A DNA stretch of 64,000 bases from a virus. Taxonomy: Duplodnaviria; Caudoviricetes. The stretch spans positions 44,872-108,871 of IMG/VR virus record IMGVR_UViG_2788500220_000013. One strand, 5' to 3'. The position numbers and the translations under genes were made by a program. Position 1 is the first letter of the stretch, and the number at the start of each line of letters is the position of its first letter. The notes beneath the pieces are model-generated. The model did not search any database, was not told the DNA's origin, and saw nothing but the letters and a program-made list of their open reading frames with translations. This document shows, piece after piece, positions 28,301 to 37,600 of the stretch.

Positions 28301-29773
28301 CGGTATTGAGCGATTACCCTTATTATCAGAAAATGCTCGAGTCTCAAATGGTAGTACTATTTCTCTATTTTTAGACTCTACATGTACATAATCAGCAATG
28401 CTTCCAGCAGGACCAGGTGAATCGAGAATGTTGTCACGAGGACGGCCGAGGGCGTTGACAACTGCATTACTTGCATTTAGCTTATCTGCACCAAACCTTT
28501 TTCCTATAGTATATTCAGATAATGCACCAATCCCAGCTGATATGGTCAGTTCTCGAGATAAAGAGACCAACAAAACTTTTATTCTATCTGCATCGTCAAT
28601 CGGTAGTGAAGATAAGAATGAAGAATATCTAGAATATTGCGTCGGATTAAACACATTTTTAATATTTTTAGATCCGATATTCTGTATTCTAAATTTAAAT
28701 GACTTATTTCTTGGAGAAATTTGTTTATTTATTTTTAAGGAATCTAAATCATCAATTCTATCAAAGTTCTCAGATGATATTAGTAATGGAGAATGACGCT
28801 GACATGCCATTAACAGGTCATGTAATACCTGGTTTATAATCTTACTATTACTAAACCTTGCATATCCTTCTTCAGAAAATTTCATACTATTAGTAAGCAT
28901 TGCCTTTACTGAGGTGTCTAAATTGGATGACAGTCCTGGATTATTTTTTTGAGAAAAATATTTTGCTATTGACGTTGATAATATATCTGAATTATCTTTT
29001 ATATCTAGTGCTTTTTTTGCATTAATAGTTGCCATTAATGTCTCAAACATGGCGTTGACTAGCTCTTTCGAACTATTATTGACTATGCTATCATACTCCT
29101 CCTTAAGCGCCGTATAGGTACCTTCAGGGTCTTCTTCTTTAAATAGCTCAATAGCATCATGAACATTATCAATCACTAATTGCCGCAAATACCATCTAAA
29201 GTCTAACATTCTTTCGATAGATGTGTGATACCCTTTATCATTTCTGGTTGGTAGCCAATCTAATGATGCAATAAGCTCCGGTCGGAGGCGGCTAATACTA
29301 GCATCTCTCATATATGTAGAGACGCCTGCAAGGGAATCTAAAACCAATTCTTCAGACGTTGAATCAGCAATATAATTTTCCGGAATTTTTGGCTCTTCAG
29401 GATGCGGTCGGGGCTTTGTATTGATTCCTGGAACATATTGCATTAATAGCCCTGTTGGGTCGGGAGATACTAACGCAGAGCTAGCACGTGATGTTGTGGC
29501 AGATCTCTGTGCAATAGGTGAGTATATTGCCATTGGTGCTGCTCTTTGATCTCTCCTTGTAGGTTTTTGCTGCTTGACTTTTGCATTAAACCCAATTGTA
29601 TATAAGGACCTAAAAATACTTTTAGAAGACGTCTTGGGTGCCGGTGCCTGCCTTGCTATCGAGACCTTAACCTTCCGTGAAGGCTTACAGTCACCAGACC
29701 TGTTGTTAACTTTTAACAACGGCATTGCCTGAACTGACATGGTAAACATTGAACGATAATTTCTTTTTGCCAT
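25328..29773 (-). CDS. Large hypothetical protein (1481 aa), helical, with very basic segments
   Basis: Long ORF, TAATG-coupled on both sides, inside the structural block. Confidence 0.7.
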   Translation of the reverse strand: MAKRNYRSMFTMSVQAMPLLKVNNRSGDCKPSRKVKVSIARQAPAPKTSSKSIFRSLYTIGFNAKVKQQKPTRRDQRAAPMAIYSPIAQRSATTSRASSALVSPDPTGLLMQYVPGINTKPRPHPEEPKIPENYIADSTSEELVLDSLAGVSTYMRDASISRLRPELIASLDWLPTRNDKGYHTSIERMLDFRWYLRQLVIDNVHDAIELFKEEDPEGTYTALKEEYDSIVNNSSKELVNAMFETLMATINAKKALDIKDNSDILSTSIAKYFSQKNNPGLSSNLDTSVKAMLTNSMKFSEEGYARFSNSKIINQVLHDLLMACQRHSPLLISSENFDRIDDLDSLKINKQISPRNKSFKFRIQNIGSKNIKNVFNPTQYSRYSSFLSSLPIDDADRIKVLLVSLSRELTISAGIGALSEYTIGKRFGADKLNASNAVVNALGRPRDNILDSPGPAGSIADYVHVESKNREIVLPFETRAFSDNKGNRSIPGSVAYVDNILRFGKEERSGFSTKEYSEFAKNFNSTSSDVVKFIEKLLNLDDENFVLHPHSVFIDILSRIKELIDGISNTSLIDEELAVTAALLNMSKEDQELKHMLLRYLIEIRDTIEDTDTDTSTDERVTPSRNRKSPRRNTKKKPVKLTRVNSFSPYMSDLTQSSISKNLLINLGAAERLFSSSKNPIATTGMRIAVKASKIADNVPSIESATSGRDANSIKISRSSVYSVLQSAVSSPRQSKNIMAVIVDLAKQLEESAAEIAAASNDSSYLDDNGVTLFNGWDEDTLLMVLLEIFCSLFSRYVSANFVQTHDNSELHVLYNYSNNKNMLEALGTISELAIVDSPAARARQTKLISTIQKSGSLLSNNFFNKKDNKRLSRGAALSSLKGNESSATLTSDIQSFISDLERETVFVNQMLSFLQALSSTLETASEQLTSFFDLKSDTRSSTTKDSLLLLDTKESKKFLRDLNPQQFILLNAAREKLFPRNNDGSYLPADQVINENELSAVKAFASEAIMSGRVGDNIRTLAVGIPAELIDALYNPPYTLGSKESTEIASQQNIIEILVYKRDLEYEDLVFKPKKYLFDISMFLLPNAFSPVADGYKFSSYEDVIKNATFSRLKIEKQSDNDFESEETATNILESGVYDYLGTGQASKMLSNHMTNFLLRKYYQLLFGYEFDENTFIQHDIWSDLIVDDGAANTLKIMEANEKLKYWVRNGTIPVASLLQKINIDGESRQRVLTLNDTATWIRPRVTTSPRKARKQACPPQKRVIKPIRKRKSIQHRVKTKKRYSSISRSRVFKANRTMTKARMGSNPMSMFAGMFKVGGKRGLGRVFSRRYSRLLTSKGRIFSKYHRLRRRKYAGPRSRTYVIANHLTTEDLNNFRALCSSGLFSRDAIMHQALSPKLFDRVFLLPVDPDDFEVDIDATQESASGKGLLNQDMLSEMLIDVEQEDGRVVKMVRPRRRGENYSSFNEFFVAISTPSSEEI

Positions 29774-32421
29774 TACGTTGCTATCCTAAAAATAGGCTCC
29801 TCAGAATCAGTTGTTATAGAAGCAGCAGATACTTCGGTACCGTATGTATAATCAGAAAAAACTGGGATAACAGAATACTCTATTGATCCTAACTCACCGG
29901 AAAGATCTAAGTCAATAACCTTGTAATTTCCGGTGTCAGAAATATTATGTGTAGAAGCCACTGTCGATTTTACACCCTGGTATACTGCCATTACTAGAAA
30001 ATGATCAACTTCATTTTGATTTCCTGTTATTGACCATTGAATCATATTCCTGTTATCTCCTGTCTTCATTGCTGAGACGTTTGATATACGGCAGCGCTGA
30101 CATGGGATAGTTGCCTCTATGCTTCTTTCTAGACCGATTCTGCCTAAGGAAAATTGGCTTCTAGAAGTTATTCTAGATGCAACCTTAAACCCTAATGCAG
30201 CAGATGTTGAAGGCAATGTACCTCTAGTCAATGTATACGGATTAAAATATTTAGCAACTAACTTCTCAAAAGTACGAGACGTCTCTAAATCAATAGTTGT
30301 AGAAGCAGCACCTGTAAATAACGACTCAGGACTTCTTAATAGTACCTTAATAATATATCTATATTTCCGGCCGGAGAGGAGGTCTGATACGCCGGCCTTT
30401 GTTCTTGAGGCTAGGTCATCTACAAATAGGCCGTTAAGGTGAATACCCATATCCTCTGTTACACCTGATATACTATCCTGCCTTAAAACCCAAAATGATA
30501 ATATTGATGACAGCTTAGAACGATCAGCCTGAATTTCTGAAACGAAGTTTGTGCCTACGCCGGCTGCAGATAACGAATCGAGAACCAAGTTAATCCCTAC
30601 ATCTGTTAGTTCTGCATTTATTTCAAACGTTATTGATAGATTACTCTCATCATCGGCACGAACAGTAAGGTCATCTAAGTTTAAGATTGCGCGCTCTTGA
30701 GCAACATATTCTTTTTTAAATTCATGAAGCTCAGTTATTTTTGATATTTCTTCTTTGCCATTAGGGTAAATTAAAACACAACGATATTCATATACATGGT
30801 TATCTTTAACACCATAATCTGGTACTTCTATGTCTATAGACTTTGAATTAATTGTGTGTATCTGATCAGAAGGCAGCCTTCCGACAATCCTATAATCTTT
30901 TAGCCCATTTCTTACTAGGGGCCGGGAAGTCATATCTGTAGCTGTAATATATAGGGCACATGGGCCTTCCGGAATGTTTGTAACTCTAATATTTACATGA
31001 TCTTGAGATGTTTCTGCGAATATTGAAATATGCGAAAGTTCTTGTTCTATTTTCTTTGGTACTAGAGGACTTCTATATCTTTCACAAACTGCCCTTCTAG
31101 CGCGTGCAGAAACAGAGCCCCGGGGCCCAACTGCAATTGCCATGTATATGCAGTTTTGTGTATTGTTAACCCTGTCTAAAATTCTTTTGTTGCCATCTTC
31201 TCTTGTTAGGGGCACGGTCTCTATCAACTGGTAGTTTGTCGACGTTACAGAGCTTAGAGGTGATACTTTTTTTCTATATATTTTTATAGCTGTTGCCGTA
31301 GCATCCACTTGCGTAACCCTTAATGCATTATGTCCTAACTCAAATGGGGTAGCATAAATAATCGGAGGATAGTCAGGTGTTAAGTAATCCTCTAATAGAT
31401 CTTCATGATTAATAACACGGTGAATAACATCAACTATAGCATTTTCAGAATCAAAAAGCTCAAACAAAAAATGTATCTCGCTAGCGCCAGCTAAAGAGTC
31501 TTTATGTACTAATAATTCTTCAGTTATATTAGTCGTCGTATTTTTTACAATCTTATTAACTACATGAAAGCGGCTAGATAAATCGCCAGCAGCACCTGAA
31601 GTTGCATATACATTTGCAATCGATCTTAGTTTATTTCTAATTATCAATCCAGACTGTGATGATTTAATCTTCCTATTTGCATGACTATGTAATAATTCTC
31701 TTGAATTAGGATTTGCTGTATTCCTTGTATTTCTAGGGTACCTATGTGGGAAATAGTTTCTAGTTTTTGTACCGTATCTTGTCAGCCCCTGCATAGCCAT
31801 TGTATGAGTATTAATAGGAAACGTTGCCTCTGCAACAGATGCAGGATCTATTGAATTTCGGAAAATTGATCTAATTGCAGCTAAACGAATTGATTTATTT
31901 TGTAATTTATCAAGCTTAATATTAGAGAAAGAAGAAGTCTTTGGTGCACACAGTACCGGGTACTCTTTTTCAGTATCGTCAATAATACTAGATGTAGGTA
32001 CTGTCACTGAAATTCTTCTAGTGCCTAAAAGTCTTGTTGCATGCTCTGGATTTGCAGCGATTCTTTTTGCTACATCATTATTAATACCTGTGGTAATATC
32101 AGAGTTCTTAACAACTATAGGATCTTTTCTTGCTGCAGTAATCCTATCCTTGACACGTGTTGCATAGTTTCGAATATTCTTAATAACATCTTCAGCGGCA
32201 ACAGAATTCCCAAACATACTTGAACGAACTAGGGGATCATGAGTATAAGCGGACAATTTAACTGTTGTGACCTTATTTCTTATGCTGTCTGGAATCGATG
32301 CGATATAATTTATATTATATAAAAACCTGCCGTATTCATCAATTCCGACAATGGCTGCAAAGGCTTTTGGAACTTCAATAATTTTCTTCTTTTTAAAGAA
32401 ATTTTTTGTTGATATTTTCAT
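29773..32421 (-). CDS. Putative virion protein with FN3-like repeats
   Basis: 'IKIYRK', 'DYGVKDNHVYEYRCVL', 'GRKYRYIIKV', 'IQWSI...YSVIPV'. Confidence 0.6.
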   Translation of the reverse strand: MKISTKNFFKKKKIIEVPKAFAAIVGIDEYGRFLYNINYIASIPDSIRNKVTTVKLSAYTHDPLVRSSMFGNSVAAEDVIKNIRNYATRVKDRITAARKDPIVVKNSDITTGINNDVAKRIAANPEHATRLLGTRRISVTVPTSSIIDDTEKEYPVLCAPKTSSFSNIKLDKLQNKSIRLAAIRSIFRNSIDPASVAEATFPINTHTMAMQGLTRYGTKTRNYFPHRYPRNTRNTANPNSRELLHSHANRKIKSSQSGLIIRNKLRSIANVYATSGAAGDLSSRFHVVNKIVKNTTTNITEELLVHKDSLAGASEIHFLFELFDSENAIVDVIHRVINHEDLLEDYLTPDYPPIIYATPFELGHNALRVTQVDATATAIKIYRKKVSPLSSVTSTNYQLIETVPLTREDGNKRILDRVNNTQNCIYMAIAVGPRGSVSARARRAVCERYRSPLVPKKIEQELSHISIFAETSQDHVNIRVTNIPEGPCALYITATDMTSRPLVRNGLKDYRIVGRLPSDQIHTINSKSIDIEVPDYGVKDNHVYEYRCVLIYPNGKEEISKITELHEFKKEYVAQERAILNLDDLTVRADDESNLSITFEINAELTDVGINLVLDSLSAAGVGTNFVSEIQADRSKLSSILSFWVLRQDSISGVTEDMGIHLNGLFVDDLASRTKAGVSDLLSGRKYRYIIKVLLRSPESLFTGAASTTIDLETSRTFEKLVAKYFNPYTLTRGTLPSTSAALGFKVASRITSRSQFSLGRIGLERSIEATIPCQRCRISNVSAMKTGDNRNMIQWSITGNQNEVDHFLVMAVYQGVKSTVASTHNISDTGNYKVIDLDLSGELGSIEYSVIPVFSDYTYGTEVSAASITTDSEEPIFRIAT

Positions 32422-32423
32422 TC

Positions 32424-33377
32424 CTACTCCAGTATAACCGTGAAGATATTAACATACGTTGACATGCCATCATCATCAGTAAAGATTTTCCCAACAAAAA
32501 AAACTCTTTTTCCAGGAGAATATGGGTCATCACTAGGAAACTCTCCAAAATCTATCATAGAAAGCTTCTCTATTTCGCCTATCCCTGTTTCTAAGAACTG
32601 CATTATAATATTATTATGTTGTGAAGTTTCTGAAAATTCTAGTTCTATAACTTCTCTATTTACTAACTGCATTTCTAATTCATTAATGGTCATGACCTCA
32701 GGTTGATTTAATTTAGCATAAACACCTAAAGGTTCACCCTCATCCTGACCAGGCTTTTCTTGGTTAATAGGGGGTAAATATTTATAAAATGGAAGATGTT
32801 GCAGCCTTTTATCTTCATGTAATGATTCAACCTTGGTAATTGATGCCTCAGTTATTTCACCTGGGGTAAAGGGTGTACTGTTAGTTATTGCAAATTGAGT
32901 ATAGTTTGGGGTTATTGTAAAACTGCTAGTCTCTGATAGCCTATCCAAAGTTCCTATAATTTTTTGGTCTCTAAAGTTTTGGGCTGAGCCTTCTAGCAGT
33001 TCATCAATTAGTTCTGCAGTTACTGAAATTTCTGCTGGTATTAGTTCTTCATTGGGGGTTGAGGATCCCACTATGTCTTTATAGAGTTTTCCATTATACC
33101 CTATCTTTATATCATTTCCTGCAAATGGAAGCATCTTTGTGTCATTATCAGTCTCAAAAATGATTTGATCTTGTGGCCGGTTTGTTGCCTCGAAGAAAAG
33201 ACGGCCGTCAGCTGACTCTACAGAGCCATCTCCTCTATCTGACTCAGTATAGAACGTATGTCTGTCTGTAAATGTAACATATCTTATACGTAATTCACCA
33301 TCAGCAATCTGGCGGCGACCTTCTTTTGTTATGATCGTGTCTAAAATACGTTGTTTTTGATCTAATATACCAGCCAT
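32424..33377 (-). CDS. Virion/baseplate structural protein; N-terminus paralogous to 22755..23465
   Basis: 'GILD...ILDTIITKEGRRQIADG' versus 'GFLD...IIDAVLTDVGRAFLA'. Confidence 0.65.
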   Translation of the reverse strand: MAGILDQKQRILDTIITKEGRRQIADGELRIRYVTFTDRHTFYTESDRGDGSVESADGRLFFEATNRPQDQIIFETDNDTKMLPFAGNDIKIGYNGKLYKDIVGSSTPNEELIPAEISVTAELIDELLEGSAQNFRDQKIIGTLDRLSETSSFTITPNYTQFAITNSTPFTPGEITEASITKVESLHEDKRLQHLPFYKYLPPINQEKPGQDEGEPLGVYAKLNQPEVMTINELEMQLVNREVIELEFSETSQHNNIIMQFLETGIGEIEKLSMIDFGEFPSDDPYSPGKRVFFVGKIFTDDDGMSTYVNIFTVILE

Positions 33378-33409
33378 ACTGATTAACTATTTCCGTTATA
33401 AATTTTCAA

Positions 33410-34591
33410 CTAAGTCATTTCAGGTTTTGCTAGCATAGGAATACTATTTAAAATGATATTAATATTCCTAAATATTCTACATCTAACATCACCAGGTATG
33501 CCTTGTTTATGCATTAAACCATTCATCAAATTAAATCCAGCATGTACATCATTAACCTGACACAGACAAATTGACAATTCATCTATCAGCTTAAAATCAT
33601 ATATTGCATGTGGCACAAATAAAATATCATGGGGTGGAACTTTTAAAAACGACATCGCTGCCTGCCCCCAGAAGCATCCCTCAGCAAACAATCCCTTAGA
33701 TCTACAATACGCAACCAAATGATATAATGGTTCGGCTGACCGGAGTCTATGTAGTTTACAGGCTTTTAATAAGTTATCAGCAGCTTCTTCATATGTGTAG
33801 TCATCACTATGCAACATAAGCAAACCTGTTTGAAATTGTGCAAAATACTTTTCTTCTTGCCAACCGTCTAGCTCTGCCCTTTTTTTATAGTTTAATAATG
33901 CTTTCTTCTTATCCCCTGCATCGCGATAACTTTGTGCAAGGTAAAATAAACTTCTTAAATCATCAGGATTTTTTTCAAGCTCCATTTCTAAAAGCTCAGC
34001 ATCGGCAGAAAACTTTTCTTCTAAAGTTTTTCCTCTTGACCTAACTCCCTCGCCATGCTTTGCAGTAATATGTGCCATCGAAAGCTCGCCTTTTCTCATT
34101 TCTTCCATCTGGCCTGGTGCTGTAATTGCTTCATGAACAACACCTTTCCATTCCCAATTATAGTCTCTTATATTTGGAATTGCCGGCAACCTGTATCTTA
34201 AACCACCGTAATGTTTTTCTATTAAGTAAACACCAAGATTATGTGAAAATGATTCCCGAAATGCTACGGGATCCGTACAGTGGAATATTTCATCTGCATC
34301 AATAAATAAGGCATATTTGGCGTCAGTATCATTAATAACAAATTCTAGAGCTTCATTTCTATTATGCTCAAAACTTACCCAGTCAGAATGATAGACCTTT
34401 CCAGGGATCCCCTTTTCCTTAAAAAATGATTCAATAATCCCAGGAGTATCATCAGATGACCCAGTATCAACAATAACATACGAATCAATTATATTATAGA
34501 CAGATTCCAGGCATCTCTCGATAACTGGCGACTCGTCTTTTACAATCATATTTAAACAAACTGTATTAGAAATAATATCACCTACCCACAC
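33410..34591 (-). CDS. GT2 glycosyltransferase with C-terminal TPR repeats
   Basis: 'VCLNMIVKDE..IERCLES', 'IVDTGSSDDT', 'F...RNEAL', 'FIDADE', 'WKGVVHE'; TPR-like 'RSLFYLAQSYRDAG' and 'AEPLYHL'. Confidence 0.9.
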   Translation of the reverse strand: MWVGDIISNTVCLNMIVKDESPVIERCLESVYNIIDSYVIVDTGSSDDTPGIIESFFKEKGIPGKVYHSDWVSFEHNRNEALEFVINDTDAKYALFIDADEIFHCTDPVAFRESFSHNLGVYLIEKHYGGLRYRLPAIPNIRDYNWEWKGVVHEAITAPGQMEEMRKGELSMAHITAKHGEGVRSRGKTLEEKFSADAELLEMELEKNPDDLRSLFYLAQSYRDAGDKKKALLNYKKRAELDGWQEEKYFAQFQTGLLMLHSDDYTYEEAADNLLKACKLHRLRSAEPLYHLVAYCRSKGLFAEGCFWGQAAMSFLKVPPHDILFVPHAIYDFKLIDELSICLCQVNDVHAGFNLMNGLMHKQGIPGDVRCRIFRNINIILNSIPMLAKPEMT

Positions 34592-34657
34592 TTTTTGATT
34601 ATTATACCCATAATACAGAAAATAGTTACTATATAAGTTCTATATCACATGCCCTTA

Positions 34658-37600
34658 TCATCTATTTCTCGGTATACCATCATCAAAATAAGGCAACGAT
34701 GATGTAAAGACTGAACTAATATTTTGAGCTTGGGTTAATATAGGATCTAATAAGTCACCTGCAGGGTTAATAAATTTGCATGTAACCGGTGCAGCTGTTA
34801 CTGGATTCTTTGATTTTCCTGTTGTTATAAACAATCTAGCATCTAAACGTTGCTCAATCATATCTCGATACTGGCCAAAGGTATCACTTCTAAAAACTGC
34901 ATTTGAGTTTAGTGGTAATGCACTAATTAGGCCATATTTCCACCCTCTAATCTCTGGTATATATCTCCATGTAGCCGACTGTGATAATATTGGAGAGTGG
35001 ACCCAACCATTTCCAGAACCAAAATAAAACTTATAAATATTGTTGTCTAGCTCCTGAGTATCGCCGAACATTATGTTGCCATCAGTGTCAGAAATAAATC
35101 CCTGGGCGCCGTAATTCGGGCCAGAGGGGCCCCAGGGGTTCGGCATAAGCCCAGTTCGAGAGCCGGTCACAAACATTGTTGTAAACTTTAGACTTTCATC
35201 AGATGATCCGTATATACCAGTTGGGGCATTTGATAAAGATAATTGGGGTGTTGACTTCCAGTCTGTTTCATCCTCTGAAAATACAGTTCTTAGCATACCA
35301 GAATATCTTTTTTCAAAAGGATATGCACCTAACCACCCATCATCAACTACATCTTTCATTGATGTATGATATGAACTAATCCCCTGCACAAGCGTCTCAG
35401 CTTTCCAAGGTGTGCTTGTATTGTTAACAACCTGGCCTCCGTCTGTTTGAGGGCCTGTACCATCTTCAGAAGCGCCGGCACCACCAGGCGCTCCATATTG
35501 GATAAATTGTGGGCTGAATTCGATATATGGACCAGGACTATAACCAGGCGGGAGTGCTGCATCAGGCAAGCTTAAATGGCCCTCGACGCCTGGGAATGTT
35601 ACGTCAGTAGCTGCACCGGTTGAGGTATTTCTAATTAAAAATGAATCAGAACCTTCTAGGCCAGGCTCATACTCAACTATAAACTCATCTAATGCGTTGA
35701 TTGCAGCTGCGGTCTTTTCAGCAACTTCATATTTGTTTGCACCCTGGGTTATATCTTCAATTTTTACCAGGGTTCCATCTGGTTGTGATGGGGCTGGTGG
35801 AGGTATCCCAATGGATCCGCGGCCTTCAATATCATACCATATGTTATATGCTCGATTATCACCATCATAAATCGTGAACCAGCAACCCTCGAGGCTAGTC
35901 TCGTATCCATCATTTAAAGTAGAATGACCGTCCAGAATAGAGCTTTCAGGGCCGCATGTAATCCTTGTTTGTTCAGGTACCACAGGGCCATTATCTGCAG
36001 GGTTTGGTTGGCCAACAGCTAAATGTGTTCCAAAAAAATTCATAAGTTCTTTATTGTTTCGCTTATGGTAATTTGAAGGAGAAGGTGTTACTGTATCATA
36101 AAATCTGTCAGAGTCTGAAATATGCTTGACGTTTCTAGAAAATGAACCTTGTGTACCTGGGTATGGTATATCAATATTTTCCCCAGGAAGGCCAGGCAAA
36201 AATCCTGAACCTGAGGCTCTATATCTTACTCTACGAGTTCTATCAAAATATGTAATACCCTGCACATATTCATCTCCGGGATCTAGCTGTTTAGATGTAA
36301 TCAGATCAGATAATCCATGGCCAGATAATGTTTGAGAATCATATGCCGCAGTTATTTCAATGTCAGTACTTAGATCACCTAGCACACCTGCTTCATCAAA
36401 GATTTTTATTTGGCCGCCTGTTGACTTGAATGATAGCCTATGCCATGCAAAAATATCCCCAAGCTGTTTCCAGCCAGTAGCTCCTGGGGTATATGGGTCG
36501 GCAGAGTTCTCAGTACGAATTCGTGTTTGGGGATTTGATAAAACAGTATATACTAATTTAGACAGCTGGTTTGCTGTAAGTGGTGTATCGTCCCACATTG
36601 TTGAGTATGTATTGACACTTTCATTATCACTATTCCATGTATGCTTTGTTACATGGATACCGCCGTCATAGTTTGGTGCATTGGTACCCCCGGTATCAGC
36701 CATTATGATACCACTACCACCACCGCCAGTTGTTGGAGGTAATGCTGGATCTTCTATATAGGACATATAGTTATTTGTGAAATCGTTAAAGTAGATCCTG
36801 AAGGTGAAATTATTTAAAGCAGGGTCACTTAATGATGTTCCATCCCAATATTCATTCTTATTATGGTCACCGTAGTATACTGCTTCTGGATCTGGAGAGG
36901 GCCTAACAACTATGTCGACATAATCTATACACTTGGTTGGGGCGAAGTGGTGGTCAAAATTATCAAGTACTTCTACATAATATGGGTCGCGGCCGCCAAT
37001 AAATGATGTTGTAAACCCGTTATTATCTTCTGTAGATGAAAAATATGTAGCATGACCTGGCCAGTCCGAGCTGCACTTTGTATACTCATTATAGTTTATA
37101 GAACCATCATTTGCCGTCCCCCGGAAACTCCTTGACCATTGATATGATGTATTATTAAAATTTGTTGCCAAAAACAACGGATCTACATTTCCAGCATCTC
37201 CAGCAAACCAAGACTCAAATACGATTGTGTCTAGTAGCCCATCATTGGTTGAATTGATTATTTTAAAATCATATGGTATAAACCATGTACATAGATCATT
37301 TGCTGCTGCTGTGCTTGTGGCGCTGGCTACTGCTGCGGCAACTGTTTGTTGATATGCTAATAGACTATAAAAAATCGTTTTTGTTTGCTGTTCCCTAGAC
37401 CATGTAGTCACTTGCGGGCCCGAGAAGAAAGTGCTCAACGTGGCCCCAGGAGAAATAGGCGGAGAGGTTACACAGCCGGCTGCTAATGGAACCCTAATTC
37501 TGCGGGTGCCTAGATTCCAGAAGCTACCTACAGATTCTGCATAGTACGTACTTGCAGGATCGAAAGGATTATAGAGAGTGCCAAACCCATTAAAATCCTG

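Noticed and set aside
25328-29773. Tape measure protein
   Set aside because: No periodic repeats, transmembrane segments or lytic domain were seen, and sheath/tube genes are not adjacent. It cannot be supported, though it is not excluded.
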